64,000 bases of DNA from Isurus oxyrinchus (Eukaryota), in assembly GCA_026770705.1 (NCBI GenBank), contig JANJGN010000018.1:9176001-9240000 (forward strand), in the 5' to 3' direction. The notes under the pieces are model-generated. The model was not told where the DNA came from. It ran no database searches and worked only from the letters and a program-made list of their open reading frames with translations. This document shows positions 12,612 to 25,137 of the stretch, piece by piece. How positions within the stretch are numbered: position 1 is the stretch's first letter; the number at the start of each line of letters is the position of its first letter. The translations under genes and the position numbers were made by a program.

Positions 12612-14719
12612 CTGACCCATCTTGTAGCCACAGTTTTTATGTGCATAGTCCAATTAAGCTCCTGATTAATGGTGATGGATGGTTTCAGTGGTTGTAATGC
12701 TGCTGAATATCAAGGGGAGGTGGTTAGATTCTCTGTTATTGGAAATGGTTATTGCCCAGCACTTATAACTTTCCTGCTAAGTACACCCATCAGATATTCA
12801 ATGCAAGAGTTTTTACTTTAATTATTATACCATTGGTTCTTCATGCAACTATAAAGATGTCTTTACAGCCTGGAGTTTGTGGTATTAATGCCAGTATTCA
12901 CCATCACTACTTTGCTCCATATGGTGACCCATAACTGATGGGAACAGTATATAACCAGTGGAAGACAGGCAGACTGCATGTCTTTACCCTGATGGAGGAA
13001 GGTGGTGTCACTATCATTGGAGTGGCCATGACTGAGGTCCTGTCCAACAGCAAGGCTGAAACCATCAAAGATGACAGTATCTTTTTTAAATTATTCTTTC
13101 ATAGAATGTGTGCATTTTTGGCAAAACCAGTATTTGTTGTACAACCCTAATTGGCCACGAGATTCCTACTGTTGATTAATTCTACCATGATATGTTCTAC
13201 TGTTGCTATTCTTGAAGGATACTGCTTGGACACTATGAAGCAGTCTTGTATAATTTACAAGGAAGTATTTATTAATAATACTTATTTATGTACATATTTA
13301 CAGTAAGTTTGGAGAGGACTCCATACCAGGCCCTGACACATTGCTATTCATCTCTGTCCTGCCCCTAGTTCTAGGTCATGTATCTTCTTACATCACCATG
13401 TGGGCAGTACTGTACTCAGTCTCATGTTAACCCTTTAGATATTATATCCTACTATAGTGAGCAGCAGAGGTCCATCTGTTTTAGGCACAGCCATTGTGCT
13501 GTTGGGATGGGCGCTCTAGGTTTTTGATCCAGCAACAATGAAGGAATGATGATATAGTTCCAAGTCAGGATGGTGCATGGCTTTAAGGGAAACTTGCTGA
13601 TGGTGGCATTCCCATGTGTCTACTACCCTTATTCTTTGAGGTCATGAGTTAGGAAGGAGCTGTTGCAGGACTCTTGGCCAGTTGCTGCAGTATGCTCTCT
13701 TGTCACTGTGCATCGGTGGTGGAAGGACTGAATGTTTAAGTTGGTGGATGGGGTGCTGATCAAGCGGGCTGCTTTGTCCTGGATGGTGTTGAGCTTCCTG
13801 AGTTGAGGAGCCTCACTCATCCAGGCAAGTGGGGAATATACCACCACACAAAAATGGTTAAACCTTAATTGCCCTTTGATGTGACTTTGAGCTAATCAGT
13901 TATGTCAAAACCATTACAAATTTCAGCAGTTTAGGAGTGCCTACCACCACCTTCCCAGACAGAGAGGAGTGGGCAACAAATGTTGGTCTTGCCAATGTTC
14001 ACAGCCTGGGAATCAATATTTAAAAATGTAACATTTCAGTCTCTCCACCTGCATCTACAATGACTTATTTATAAAAGAAGTTTCAAGAGCTTTCACAGCA
14101 AACCTGATTAAAATTTTAATAACAAATCTCACGATGTACACAGGAAAACAGTTACTCTGGTCTGTGGCAACAGTATGTTTTATAACTAATATTTGTGATC
14201 TATGATTGCAGTTTTCTTTTATGCATCTAATGTTTGTCATTCTAATAATCAGAAATGGGATTGCCAATTCACACAAGCTATGTTGGTAAGAACACCAAAC
14301 ATTTATCAAATCAAAACATTAATTGCTATAGAAACAACAACGTCAAGGAAAAAATAAGCACTTAACTCCACAGCTCCAAGGATTACATTTTTAAAAAGAT
14401 TACCAAATAAATCTTCAGGCATAACAACGTCAATTAGATTCTACCTTTGTGTTTTACTAATGGCAAGTTCTCTGCTACTCATGGACCACAAATTAAATTG
14501 GCATAATCTTAATAGAAAGTTTCCATACAGGCTCAGAACAGAGTAAAACAACTTCTTGCATAACATTTCCCAAGGTTACACAACACTGGAGGCTACATCC
14601 GCTACACAACACTTATAACACATGTATTGTTCTAAAAAGTGTAAACCTTAGCTGGAACCCTACTGTTGTATTAACTTGATTTCAAAATTTATTATGCTTG
14701 TATCTGATTTGATGTAATA

Positions 14720-15976
14720 TGTTGCGAAATCTATGTTTTAATTTTTTTTAATTTTAGGAATTCAAGCGTGAAATGTAAGAAAAATGGAAACACTTGGGTA
14801 AGAAATTGCTATGCATCAAATGTGTCTGCAAATCCACCAAGCTTGAGTTAATTATATATAAACCTATGTTTAATTTGAAAGGCCAGATGTAAGAGGTGTG
14901 AAGGCGTTGACCAATGGATGACCCATCATTAAGCTTGTAGTGGAGCCGGAAGGTCTACCCTTATTTCAATAAAAGATTTTGTTTAAGTATTTCCCAAATT
15001 AAATTAAGATAAAAGCCAGTTGTAAACAAGAGAGTCCCTTAACAGGGCCACCAATCCCGGAAAAGGGGGTCATAAAACTCCATTAGAGATATGAATTATT
15101 CATATGGGTTGCACAATGAAAGAGTTGTGCTGAAGGTGAAATAATTAGCTTGCAGTTCAGCTCAAAGCATGTCATGTTGTCAAGGAGAGAGGCTGTGGGC
15201 ATTAGAAAATTCTTTTCTTTAATTTAGCTGGGTGTTTCTCACAAAAGGCAGTTGCAGTTTTGGTTTGGCATCCACTGCGGCTTATTGCATTGGGAGACCC
15301 AATGGAGATGACTATTCATCAGGCCACACTTCAAGCAGAGAAAGTGCCAACTTTATCATTAGCTGTGTGGAATGCAGTAGGGGGCTGAAGCTCAATTTGG
15401 TATTCATGAGGAGGAAAGAAGCTGGAAGATATGTTGAGTTTGAAGCTGGAGGAAGAAATCTATAGTGGTCCTCTCAGAGTCTTGTGGCAGAAAACAATCA
15501 GCAGCATTAGCTTAGAAAGCTACGAGAAGGCAGTGGTGTGCCTGCTGGCACTTAGAATGAGGAAGTAATTTTGAGGTATTAAAGAAAAGTTGGAAGTCAC
15601 TTAGACAAAATTCCAATGGAAGGACCCCCACAAAATCTTACCTCGGAGAATAGCTGGAACACCGAGGACAATTAAAGTGAATTCCAGATGGCTATGACGT
15701 ATCTTTGAGTTGATCCCTAAAGAAGTGAATGATCCTGCAAGATTCTTGTAATATATAAGGAAACTCTTGGGAGGAAATAAAAAGTAGAACTGAGTTCATA
15801 GCATAAATCATTAAAAACTAAAAGTTAATAGTGTTTGCTTTGTTTAATTCTTTCTATATACTGTAGAGCTTGTTTTTGTTTAAAAACTTGGAACCTTGTG
15901 GTGTAGCTCCTCCAGTTAATCACTGGATGTTCAGATTTCTCTTTAAATGTTAACAGCTCCTACCAGGGTCATAACA
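14720..15976 (+). mobile_element. Probable solo LTR
   Basis: TGTTGCGA...TCATAACA termini, 4-bp flanks aata/aaca, AATAAA at about 15777. Confidence 0.55.
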
Positions 15977-16199
15977 AACATTTACTTTAAGTTTACATTT
16001 ATTGTAAGAACGTAAAACTTGTTGACTTGAACAAAAGGTTGAGAAACAGATACTACTGACAATATTATAAAATCTCTTTGCCATTCGAATTCACAAGTTC
16101 TAATATTAACAATCACGCAGTGTGCCCAATGTTTTAATCACTTCAATACCTATATCAATTCCATTTTACAAATTTACAATTAAATTAAGGCTAAAAATA

Positions 16200-17330
16200 C
16201 TAATTGTCCAACAGTGAAGAAAGAGTGCCTCAAGATTTCCAGATGCAGTATTGGAAGCCTTGACGTGGGAAGTGAAGAGAAGAAAACATTCCCTCTATCC
16301 ACAGAAATTCAGGAAGACCTCCGGACAGACAGTGAGAAAGCAATGACAGCAGATAGCCACTGTAGTCAATGCCAGTATTGTAGCCCAAAGACCTGAAGCG
16401 CCAAAAGAAATTTAATGACCTCACCGTCAAGGACAGTGAATTCACATCCTAATGCCATTTCATTGCAACTGAACTACTAGCCTCACACACTGCTCAATTC
16501 ACCACTCATACATCATTCACCTTCCACTAGTACTCACTTAGCACTACTGCAAGCCTCAAATCCACATCTCATAGCTTTCACACACTAACAGCTATTCAAC
16601 CGTGACAGGCACATCACCCAAAAATATTACACCACACTCACTGATATACTTCCTTCTCTCTTGCAGGACAAGGTATCAGGTAACTGGAGACAGAAGCACC
16701 CAGTTGGCGGGAATAGACATGGCTGCATGTCCTTACCCACATGGAAGAAATGGTACTCATTTCATTAAAGTGGCCATAACTGAGACTGTGACCTGTGGTG
16801 AGGCTGAGAACATTGAAGGTGACAGTATCCTCATACCTAATCCTCCTCCCCACATCCCACTTCCCCCTCAATGCACAATCTCTTTTGTAGAATGGTACAA
16901 GAATGTACCTCTTGCTTTCCCCTCTCCCCTCATTCCAACAAGATTCTTTTGCCTCTCTCCATTCAGATACCCAAGCACTATTACCTGGCCAAGCTGTGGT
17001 GCATGTGAAAGACATGAAGAAGCAACAAGACGCTAATAATGAAGAAACACTGCCACTTGCTCTCATATTCGCATTCACCAACTCAGATGTTAACACCATA
17101 CAGACTTTTGATGGTGGCTCAGAAGCAGGATCTGCATGTGGTGTGACCCCTGAAATTTGTAGCCTATAGCCAGGGCAGGGACCAACGGTGGCACAGCTGC
17201 CAACTCACTAGGTCAGCCATGATCTTATTGAATGGCAGAGCAGACTTGAAGGGCTGAATGGCCTACTCCTGCTCCTAAATCCTAGTAGGCTCTGCTGCAG
17301 AGGACTCAAGTGAAGCTACAGCAGAGGACC
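16200..17330 (+). pseudogene. Harbinger Myb/SANT-like partner gene remnant (three exon remnants)
   Basis: Frameshifted PRF.DAVLEAL...KKFNDLT; exon-2 acceptor ttgcag|gacaag at about 16667; similar to the other Myb copies in the window. Confidence 0.6.
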
Positions 17331-17379
17331 TCATGCATGCTAAGCAATGTATGCAGCATGCTATAGACATATCTAAGCA

Positions 17380-18310
17380 ATCCCACAACCAACAGGTCAG
17401 ATCAAAGTTCCAGAGTCCTGCCACACACAGTGCTGAATGATAGTGGGCAAGTAAACAACTAATCAGAGGAAGAGGCTACATGAATATTCCCATCCAGAAT
17501 GATGGTAGAGGCCAACAGGTGAGTGCAAAAGAAAGACTAATGCACCTTTAGCCAGAAGTGTCAAGGGATTTTGGCCTTCTTCTGAGGACATCACCATCAC
17601 AGAAGTCAGTCTTTAGCCAAATCTACTCATTCCACTTGGTAACAAGAAATGGCTGAGTGCATGGGATACAGCAAAACTATGAGCTCCAACCACTTCCTAC
17701 CAATAGTACTGAAGACTTGTGCTCCAGAATTAGCCATGCCTCTACTCCAGGTGTTCCAGTACTGCTACAACATCTACCCAACAAAATGGGGAATTGTATG
17801 ATGGAGTCAGGTATGTCCTGTCCACAAAAAACAAGAGAAAACCAATCAAGTCAGTTACCACCCCATCTACTCTCGGTCAGCAAAGACATGTAAGGTATCA
17901 TCGACAGCGCTGTAAGCAGCACTTTTATCCATAACCTGCTCTCTGATGCTCAGTTTTCCAAGATCATTCAGCTCCACACATTAAAGCCTAGGTTCAAACA
18001 TGGGCAAAAGAGTTGAATTCCATAGGAAAGGTGAGGGTGACTGTCCTTAACATCAAGGCAGCATTTGATCAAGTGTAGCATGAGGAGTTCCAATAAATTG
18101 AAGTCAATGGGAGTCAGCAGGAATAACTCCCTTTGGAATCATATCTAGCACTAAGGAAGATGTTTGTGATTGCTGGAGGCCAATCATTTCATCCCCAGAA
18201 CATTACTGCACACGTTCCTCAGGACCATGTCCTAAACCCAACCACCCTCCGTTGCTTCATCTGATCTATCTGCCATCATAAGGTCAGAAGTGGGAATGTT
18301 TAATGCCTGA
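17380..18310 (+). mobile_element. CR1-group LINE RT fragment
   Basis: VRVTVLNIKAAFDQV, VPQDHVL.P and CPVHKK remnants. Confidence 0.7.
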
Positions 18311-19266
18311 TGTCATGATCAGCCTACTCAGCTTACTTACAACACAAGCTCACCAGAGCAGCATTAACCAAAAAGGCTTTTGCGGTGGCCAACACAAGAT
18401 GTGTGTGTACTCAGTGCAGACATATTTTGGACCCAAAATGGTACCCATAGTGCCAAAAGTACCAGATAATCTTGCAGCTGCTAAAGTATATTTGGTAAGT
18501 GAGAAGAGATTGGAAGCACTGAAAGTGAATATTTTAAAAGGCCGACTGATGACAAGGTAACAAAAAGACCCTTTGTAAACACACAAAATGTGAAAGAGTA
18601 GTTAAAGGGACTGTAGAAAACACTCAAGAGCAAAGATAAAAATTCAGTTGTGAAGGAGGAAGGTATAAAAGTAAAGAAGGGGCTTGTATTTATATAAAAC
18701 CTTCACATCCTCTGAATGTGCATCATGGTCATTGGAGTACCCTTGAACCGTTGTCACTGCTGTGCTGGAGAAAATGGGGCAACCAATGTACAAGAAACAA
18801 GTTCACACTAACCGCAATGTTATAATGAGCAGATAATGTTTATTTTTGATGACAGATAAACACTGGCCAGGGCAACAAGAAGAAATTCCTGATGAATCTC
18901 TTCATTTCCAGGCGTTCTCGCAGGGGAGTCAGAGCTGCTTTTCTTCTCTGCCAGGGCCAGGCAAGCCCAACGATCAGAGGGGAAATCATTCAACGACAGC
19001 ATCAGAGGAGCCTTTGCCACCGGGCCCCTCTCTTTGGACCAGGGAGCCTCTGGCTCTGACAGCCTCCACAGAAAGCTACAGGGAGGCAGCCTCTTTGGAA
19101 TTGGCAACTGCCCCCCTTATGGCATGTGACCACTCCTAGCCCACCACCCAGGAGGTAGTAAACTTCTATAAAAACAAAGAGAACTGCGGATGCTGGAAAT
19201 CCAAAACAAAAACAGAATTACCTGGAAAAACTCAGCAGGTCTGGCAGCATCGGCGGAGAAGAAAAG

Positions 19267-19305
19267 AGTTGACGTTTCGAGTCTTCATGACCCTTCGACA
19301 GAACT
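19267..19305 (-). ncRNA. Minimal type-I hammerhead ribozyme motif (variant core CUGUCGA)
   Basis: AGUU-CUGUCGA-A-GGGUC-augaa-GACUC-GAAA-CGUC-AACU. Confidence 0.72.
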
Positions 19306-19695
19306 TGATTTCGAGTCCAGGAAAGAGTTGAAATATAAGCTGGTTTAAGGTGTGTGGGGGGGGGGGGGGTGCGGAGAGAGAGAGAGAGACAGAGGTGCTT
19401 GTGTAGACAAACAAGCAGTGATAGAAGCAGATCATCAAAAGATGTCAGTGACAATGGGACAAAAGAACACATAGGTGTTAAAGTTAAAGTTGGTGATATT
19501 ATCTAAACGAATGTGCTAATTAAGAATGGATGGTAGGGCACTCAAGGTACAGCTCTAGTGGGGGTGGGGGGAGCATAAAAGATTTTAAAATATTTAAAAA
19601 TAAGTGGGAAAAGAAAAATCTGTAAAATTTATAGGGAAAAAAAAAGGGGGAAAAAAAGGGGGAAACAGAAAGGGGGTGGGGATGGGGGAGGGAGC

Positions 19696-21576
19696 TCACG
19701 ACCTAAAGTTATTGAATTCAATATTCAGACCGGAAGGCTGTAAGGTGCCTAGTCGGAAGATGAGGTGTTGTTCCTCCAGTTTGCGTTGGGCTTCACTGGA
19801 ACAATGCAGTAAGCCAAGGACAGACATGTGGGCAAGAGAACAGGGTGGAGTGTTAAAATGGCAAGCGACAGGGAGGTTTGGGTCATTCTTGCGGACAGAC
19901 CGCAGGTGTTCTGCAAAGCGGTCGCCCAGTTTACGTTTGGTCTCTCCAATGTAGAGGAGACCACATTGGGAGCAACGAATGCAGTAGACTAAGTTGGGGG
20001 AAATGCAAGTGAAATGCTGCTTCACTTGAAAGGAGTGTTTGGGCCCTTGGACGGTGAGGAGAGAGGAAGTGAAGGGGCAGGTGTTACATCTTTTGCGTGG
20101 GCATGGGGTGGTGCCATAGGAGGGGGTTGAGGAGTAGGGGGTGATGGAGGAGTGGACCAGGGTGTCCCGGAGGGAGCGATCCCTACGGAATGCCGATAAG
20201 GGGGGTGAAGGGAAGATGTGTTTGGTGGTGGCATCATGCTGGAGTTGGAGGAAATGGCGGAGGATGATCCTTTGAATGCGGAGGCTGGTGGGGTGATAAG
20301 TGAGGACAAGGGGGACCCTATCATGTTTCTGGGAGGGAGGAGAAGGCGTGAGGGCGGATGCGCGGGAGATGGGCCGGACACGGTTGAGGGCCCTGTCAAC
20401 GACCGTGGGTGGAAAACCTCGGTTAAGGAAGAAGGAGGACATGTCAGAGGAACCGTTTTTGAAGGTAGCATCATCGGAACAGATGCGACGAAGGCGAAGG
20501 AACTGGGAGAATGGGATGGAGTCCTTACAGGAAGCGGGGTGTGAGGAGCTGTAGTCGAGGTAGCTGTGGGAATCGGTGGGTTTGTAATGGATATTAGTGG
20601 ACAGTCTATCACCAGAGATTGAGACAGAGAGGTCAAGGAAGGGAAGGGAAGTGTCAGAGATGGACCACGTGAAAATGATGGAGGGGTGGAGATTGGAAGC
20701 AAAATTAATAAATTTTTCCAAGTCCCGACGAGAGCATGAAGCAGCACCGAAGTAATCATCGATGTACCGGAGAAAAAGTTGTGGAAGGGGGCCGGGGTAG
20801 GACTGCAACAAGGAATGTTCCACATATCCCATAAAGAGACAGGCATAGCTGGGGCCCATGCGGGTACCCATAGCCACACCTTTTATTTGGAGAAAGTGAG
20901 AGGAGTTGAAGGAGAAATTGTTCAACGTGAGAACAAGTTCAGCCAGACGGAGGAGAGTAGTGGTGGATGGGGATTGTTCGGGCCTCTGTTCGAGGAAGAA
21001 GCTAAGGGCCCTCAGACCATCCTGGTGGGGGATGGAGGTGTAGAGGGATTGGACGTCCATGGTGAAGAGGAAGCGGTTGGAGCCAGGGAACTGGAAATTG
21101 TTGATGTGACGTAAGGTGTCAGAGGAATCACGGATGTAGGTGGGAAGGGACTGGACAAGGGGAGAGAGAAGGGAGTCAAGATAACGAGAAATGAGTTCTG
21201 TGGGGCAGGAGCAAGCTGAGACGATCGGTCTACCGGGGCAGTTCTGTTTGTGGATTTTAGGTAGGAGATAGAAGCGGGCCGTCCGAGGTTGGGCGACTAT
21301 CAGGTTGGAAGCTGTGGGAGGGAGATCCCCAGAGGAGATGAGGTCAGTGACAGTCCTGGAAACAATGGCTTGATGTTCAGTGGTGGGGTCATGGTCCAGG
21401 GAGAGGTAGGAGGAAGTGTCTGCGAGTTGACGCTCAGCCTCCGCGAGGTAGAGGTCAGTGCGCCAGACAACAACAGCACCACCCTTGTCAGCGGGTTTGA
21501 TGACAATGTCAGGGTTGGACCTGAGAGAATGGAGTGCAGTAAGTTCAGAGAGAGACAGGTTAGAATGGGTGAGAGG
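19696..21576 (-). CDS. PLE reverse transcriptase + GIY-YIG endonuclease (N-terminally truncated, no stops)
   Basis: Manual translation extends the listed 454-aa ORF 172 codons upstream without a stop: IKPADKGG, FYLLPKIHK, GRPIVS, MDVQSLYT, GVAMG, RYIDD, FLD, Cys linker CPRKRCNTC (Neptune hallmark), LVY...YIGET, GLN. Confidence 0.93.
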   Translation of the reverse strand, partial: PLTHSNLSLSELTALHSLRSNPDIVIKPADKGGAVVVWRTDLYLAEAERQLADTSSYLSLDHDPTTEHQAIVSRTVTDLISSGDLPPTASNLIVAQPRTARFYLLPKIHKQNCPGRPIVSACSCPTELISRYLDSLLSPLVQSLPTYIRDSSDTLRHINNFQFPGSNRFLFTMDVQSLYTSIPHQDGLRALSFFLEQRPEQSPSTTTLLRLAELVLTLNNFSFNSSHFLQIKGVAMGTRMGPSYACLFMGYVEHSLLQSYPGPLPQLFLRYIDDYFGAASCSRRDLEKFINFASNLHPSIIFTWSISDTSLPFLDLSVSISGDRLSTNIHYKPTDSHSYLDYSSSHPASCKDSIPFSQFLRLRRICSDDATFKNGSSDMSSFFLNRGFPPTVVDRALNRVRPISRASALTPSPPSQKHDRVPLVLTYHPTSLRIQRIILRHFLQLQHDATTKHIFPSPPLSAFRRDRSLRDTLVHSSITPYSSTPSYGTTPCPRKRCNTCPFTSSLLTVQGPKHSFQVKQHFTCISPNLVYCIRCSQCGLLYIGETKRKLGDRFAEHLRSVRKNDPNLPVACHFNTPPCSLAHMSVLGLLHCSSEAQRKLEEQHLIFRLGTLQPSGLNIEFNNFRS

Positions 21577-22399
21577 ATTCTGTCCAGTGTGTTTTCATAA
21601 TTTCAAATGAGTGGTTAGCATATGCAAATGAACAACCCGCATCTCCCAAGGGGCTTTTATGTAGGAAGCCTAACACACTGAGGTCAAACACAGAAGTCAG
21701 TGAGCTGCAGTCCGCTTCCCAAGTTGCTGAAAGTATTGCCTGTTTTAACCCCCCCCTCCCACACCCAAACACACACACTCAGCCATGTTAAAATTCAGCC
21801 CTTTCTGTCGAAAACATAATGCATCAATCATAAATTCACCTACTTTGAAGTTGTGCCCTTTAACATATCCAGTAAATAAGGGCTGAGCCATCAGAGGATC
21901 TTACAACCTGATTTCTGATTTTGAAAAATATTGTCAAATCCTGAGGGGATTCCGAAAACATCTTACACAGAGCAGTTTACCATAATCCTATGGCCTTATT
22001 GGGAAGGCAGTAAAAAGCACATTATAATGTCATAATTTGTCACTGAGGAGATACTAGAATCAATCGACATCGTCTAATATGTGATGGAAAAGACCTGCAA
22101 TCATCCACGTTGTTAAATTAAACACTCCTCTAAATGTTGTGGTCAGCCCATTTCCAGCATTTAAATGGCTTCAACGCATCTCAGATAGTTTCAAATTGTT
22201 AATTCTGCCATTTGTAAATTTAGCATGGAAATATCGGTAAAGTTATTTCAATCAATGAACAACAGTTAATCTTAAAACACTGCATTTTGTAGATGGACAT
22301 GTAATTTTGTTAATGAAATCTCTATATTTCTTGGAATATAGAATAATGATTCTACTTTTTCAAAACTAACTGTTGGAATACTTTAGATAAAAGGATTTT

Positions 22400-23358
22400 C
22401 TCTACATGGTATAAGATGTCATTGCCATGCACGCGCCCCATCAGAACCTTGTAATAGTTATCGAACAGGACCACACCAGGCCACCCATTCCTTGTGGAAA
22501 GGTTAGTACAGAGAAACAGCTGTGATCACAAGTCCATCAGGCAGTGGTCCGAATATAACGTCTTGGAGGCCCTGCAGGGAAAGGAGGTGGTGGACCCGAT
22601 CAGATGGTTCACTGAGAAGCTCAGACCCATTTGGCAGAATGCCTCATTGCCGGAATTTTTAAGCAAGTGGCAAGATGTAGCTTGGTTGGCGGTGAGAAGC
22701 CCCCTCGCCTTCAGATGCTTCTCACATGCCCTGAGTCTCACTGCCTTCATAAGCTGCCCTCGAGGTGGCTGCGGTGAGGAATAGACCATCGCCCACCTCC
22801 TTCTGCAATGTGCCTTTGCAAAGAAGGTCTGGAAAAAGAAGCGGTGATTTATGTTGAGTTTCACCCCGAGCAGCGCCATAACAACAGGACTCTGTGCTCC
22901 ACAATCTGTTTCCACCTGGATAAACATCAGCTGCTGCTGGAGATTCATCAACTCAGTGAAAGGAGCTTTTTGGCTGCCAGAAAATTGCAGGTCTTCCAGT
23001 GCAAAGAACTGTCCAAAGTCAAGTGCTGCCAACTGGCACATTCCAAGGTCTCAGATGACATGAACCAAAGCTTGGGGGAGCTGCCACAAAGGCTCAATGG
23101 GGAAGGTCACTGTCTAAGGGTCCTCCTGTCGTAGAACATAGAATGGCTGGAAAGTACGTAAAAGCCCTCAGGGGTTTGACATGAAATGTAAATGTACATT
23201 GTAAATATAACCGGTAATGGCAAGTGTAGTGAGGCACCTCATATACTTTACTGAAAGAAACTGATCTGTATTGCACTTTATGTAATGTCAAATTTGAACT
23301 GTTTTGCAATGTACTTCTACAAATGTTGTGAATAAAGTATGTTTTTGGGAAAAAAAAC
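22400..23358 (+). mobile_element. Tx1/L1-clade LINE 3' fragment
   Basis: WQNAS...QDVAWLAVR..L, CPRGGCGEE*TIAHLLLQCAFAKKVW (CCHC); ends aataaagtatgtttttggg-A8. Confidence 0.85.
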
Positions 23359-23369
23359 CTCCGTCAACA

Positions 23370-23800
23370 TGAAAATTGGTTTGTGACCACAACCAGCACA
23401 TCATGCAAGTCTCTGTCCATTATTCCCTCAGCAGTTATGACTCTTCCATTCAGCCTCAGTGCTCTGTGGTGTCTTAAATCCAAGCAGGCCTCTGAGTTAA
23501 AGGCTGGGTATGAGGCAATAGGGGCTACCCCTCCAGATATGGCTCATGGCTCCAGTTAAAAACCTGTGTACAGCTGTACAGCAGGACTACAACAAAACCC
23601 ATGCTGCCACAATGAACATCATGGAGTGGACAAGCGGTCTCTTCAAACAATACTTCCTCTACCTGGACCACTCTTGAGAAGCCCTGCAGTACATCCCTGA
23701 GCCTATATCCAGACTTGTGGTCGTTTGCTGCCATTCGACAACTTTGGCATCACCTTTACTACCTGCTGCACACCAATTGAAAAGGAGAAGGAAGAGAAGT
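23370..23800 (+). pseudogene. Harbinger transposase C-terminal remnant
   Basis: GYPLQIWLMAPV...YNKTHAATMNIMEWTSGLFKQYF.YLDHS*EALQY.PE...LVVVCC (HARBI1-like). Confidence 0.8.
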
Positions 23801-24217
23801 GGGAGAAACTGCAACCAAGCACTTTCTGCCCAAGCTCTAAGGTTGAACAATGGTTCCACTCACCACAACTCCAACTCCACATTCACCAGCCGGCCCAGGT
23901 GCTTTTTAACTTTCTGCTTACAATCACCATTGCATTGTCCACTTTCACTCAACAGTTGTTGTTTTTGCTACAAGAAGTATTCTCACATTTTTCATATCAT
24001 CAACAAGGGTATGACTTTTGGACTTTTACCTGAAAGCAGACAATGAGAGGAGACAGAATACACATTCTTCCCTTTAAAACAGTCAACACAAAACTAAAGC
24101 CCTTCGAAATCTTGCTTAAATAATCACTACTAACTACTAAGGCAGGAAGACCACAATCAATGCAATTATGTGAACCCATCAATACTCAACACATTCAATG
24201 GCTTTCAGTTCAAGCCT

Positions 24218-25137
24218 AGTTACAGGGGCAGAACGACAATGGTAAACATCATGTGAGCCCATTAAAAACAACGAGACAACAATCACCTGGGGAAGCCCAC
24301 CAAAATCAAACAAAGAACTAACCTTGATTTGGATTGAGATAAGAAACTCGAAAAAAAACAGTATAACTGGGCCAGCAGATCTGAGTGTGAGGAGGTTTTG
24401 AAAGCAGTTTTGGGCAGGGACACGGAAGGGTGAGCAGTTTTGAAAGCTGACACAGGGCAGTGAGCAGTTGGGAGTGGTTGAAGCAGAGTTTAAGCAGGGA
24501 GCTGAGCCAAGTGGAGGGAGGAGATCTGGAGGTTTGCAGGCCCACAGGCAACATCGCGGCGAGGGGCATGGGATGGCAGGCTCAACCGAAGACAACAAGG
24601 CCACAACCGCAGCCCTCCACGAAGATCGAGCACCCACAACCGTGCCCTCCACCCAACTGAAGAACCTTTGCAGATTCCACAGACCAGGACCACGTGGGGA
24701 CAGCAGGCCCCAGAGGACACAAAGAGCGTACCCCAAAACTGCAACCGACTTACCTGGCTGGATTTCGAACTGTCAAGGAACCCTGGTTAGTGAGCATGAT
24801 CCCTGACCTCTCCTAGTTCAATTTAGTTAGGTTTTGTGGGGTGGGACAAGGGTAAGGGGATTAGTAGTGTGATTTTTCCCTCATTATGCCGTGTGTTCCC
24901 CATTCTTAACTAAGTGTACTTTGTAAGTCTGTATAATCTCAGTGTAATCCTAATGTTATAAGTTCATTTGTGACTCCAACAAACTCAGTTTTTTTCTTGC
25001 ACCAAAACCAGTTGTCTGCTGCACTTTGTCATAACCCCCAAATAGGTCCAAGGTCTAGAACCCAGGGAGTGGGAGTGATTGGAACCGCTCAGAGGTCAGA
25101 GGTGAAGCTGACACACACACCACCACCCCCTACAACA
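24218..25137 (+). mobile_element. Probable solo LTR
   Basis: (a)gttacagggg...cccctacaaca imperfect inverted termini, TATA-like tataac at about 24362; no clear TSD. Confidence 0.45.

Larger units (their letters stand above)
10143..12745 (-). mobile_element. LINE (CR1/L2 group) 3' fragment, host of two nested insertions
   Basis: KLDTIQDKAA-type coding remnant. The sequence is continuous across the PLE (10551-11992) and the tRNA-derived trimer (12204-12611). A related piece lies at 13460-13850. Confidence 0.7.
19168..21576 (-). mobile_element. Young 5'-truncated Penelope-like element (Neptune type)
   Basis: Long open frame, then an about 530-bp 3' UTR with a hammerhead and the ...ttccagcatccgcagt...tgtttttat terminus shared by all PLE copies here. 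Confidence 0.95.

Noticed and set aside
20022-20879. 285-aa alternative-frame ORF and antisense ORFs in the PLE
   Set aside because: By-products of C-rich codon usage in the RT frame.
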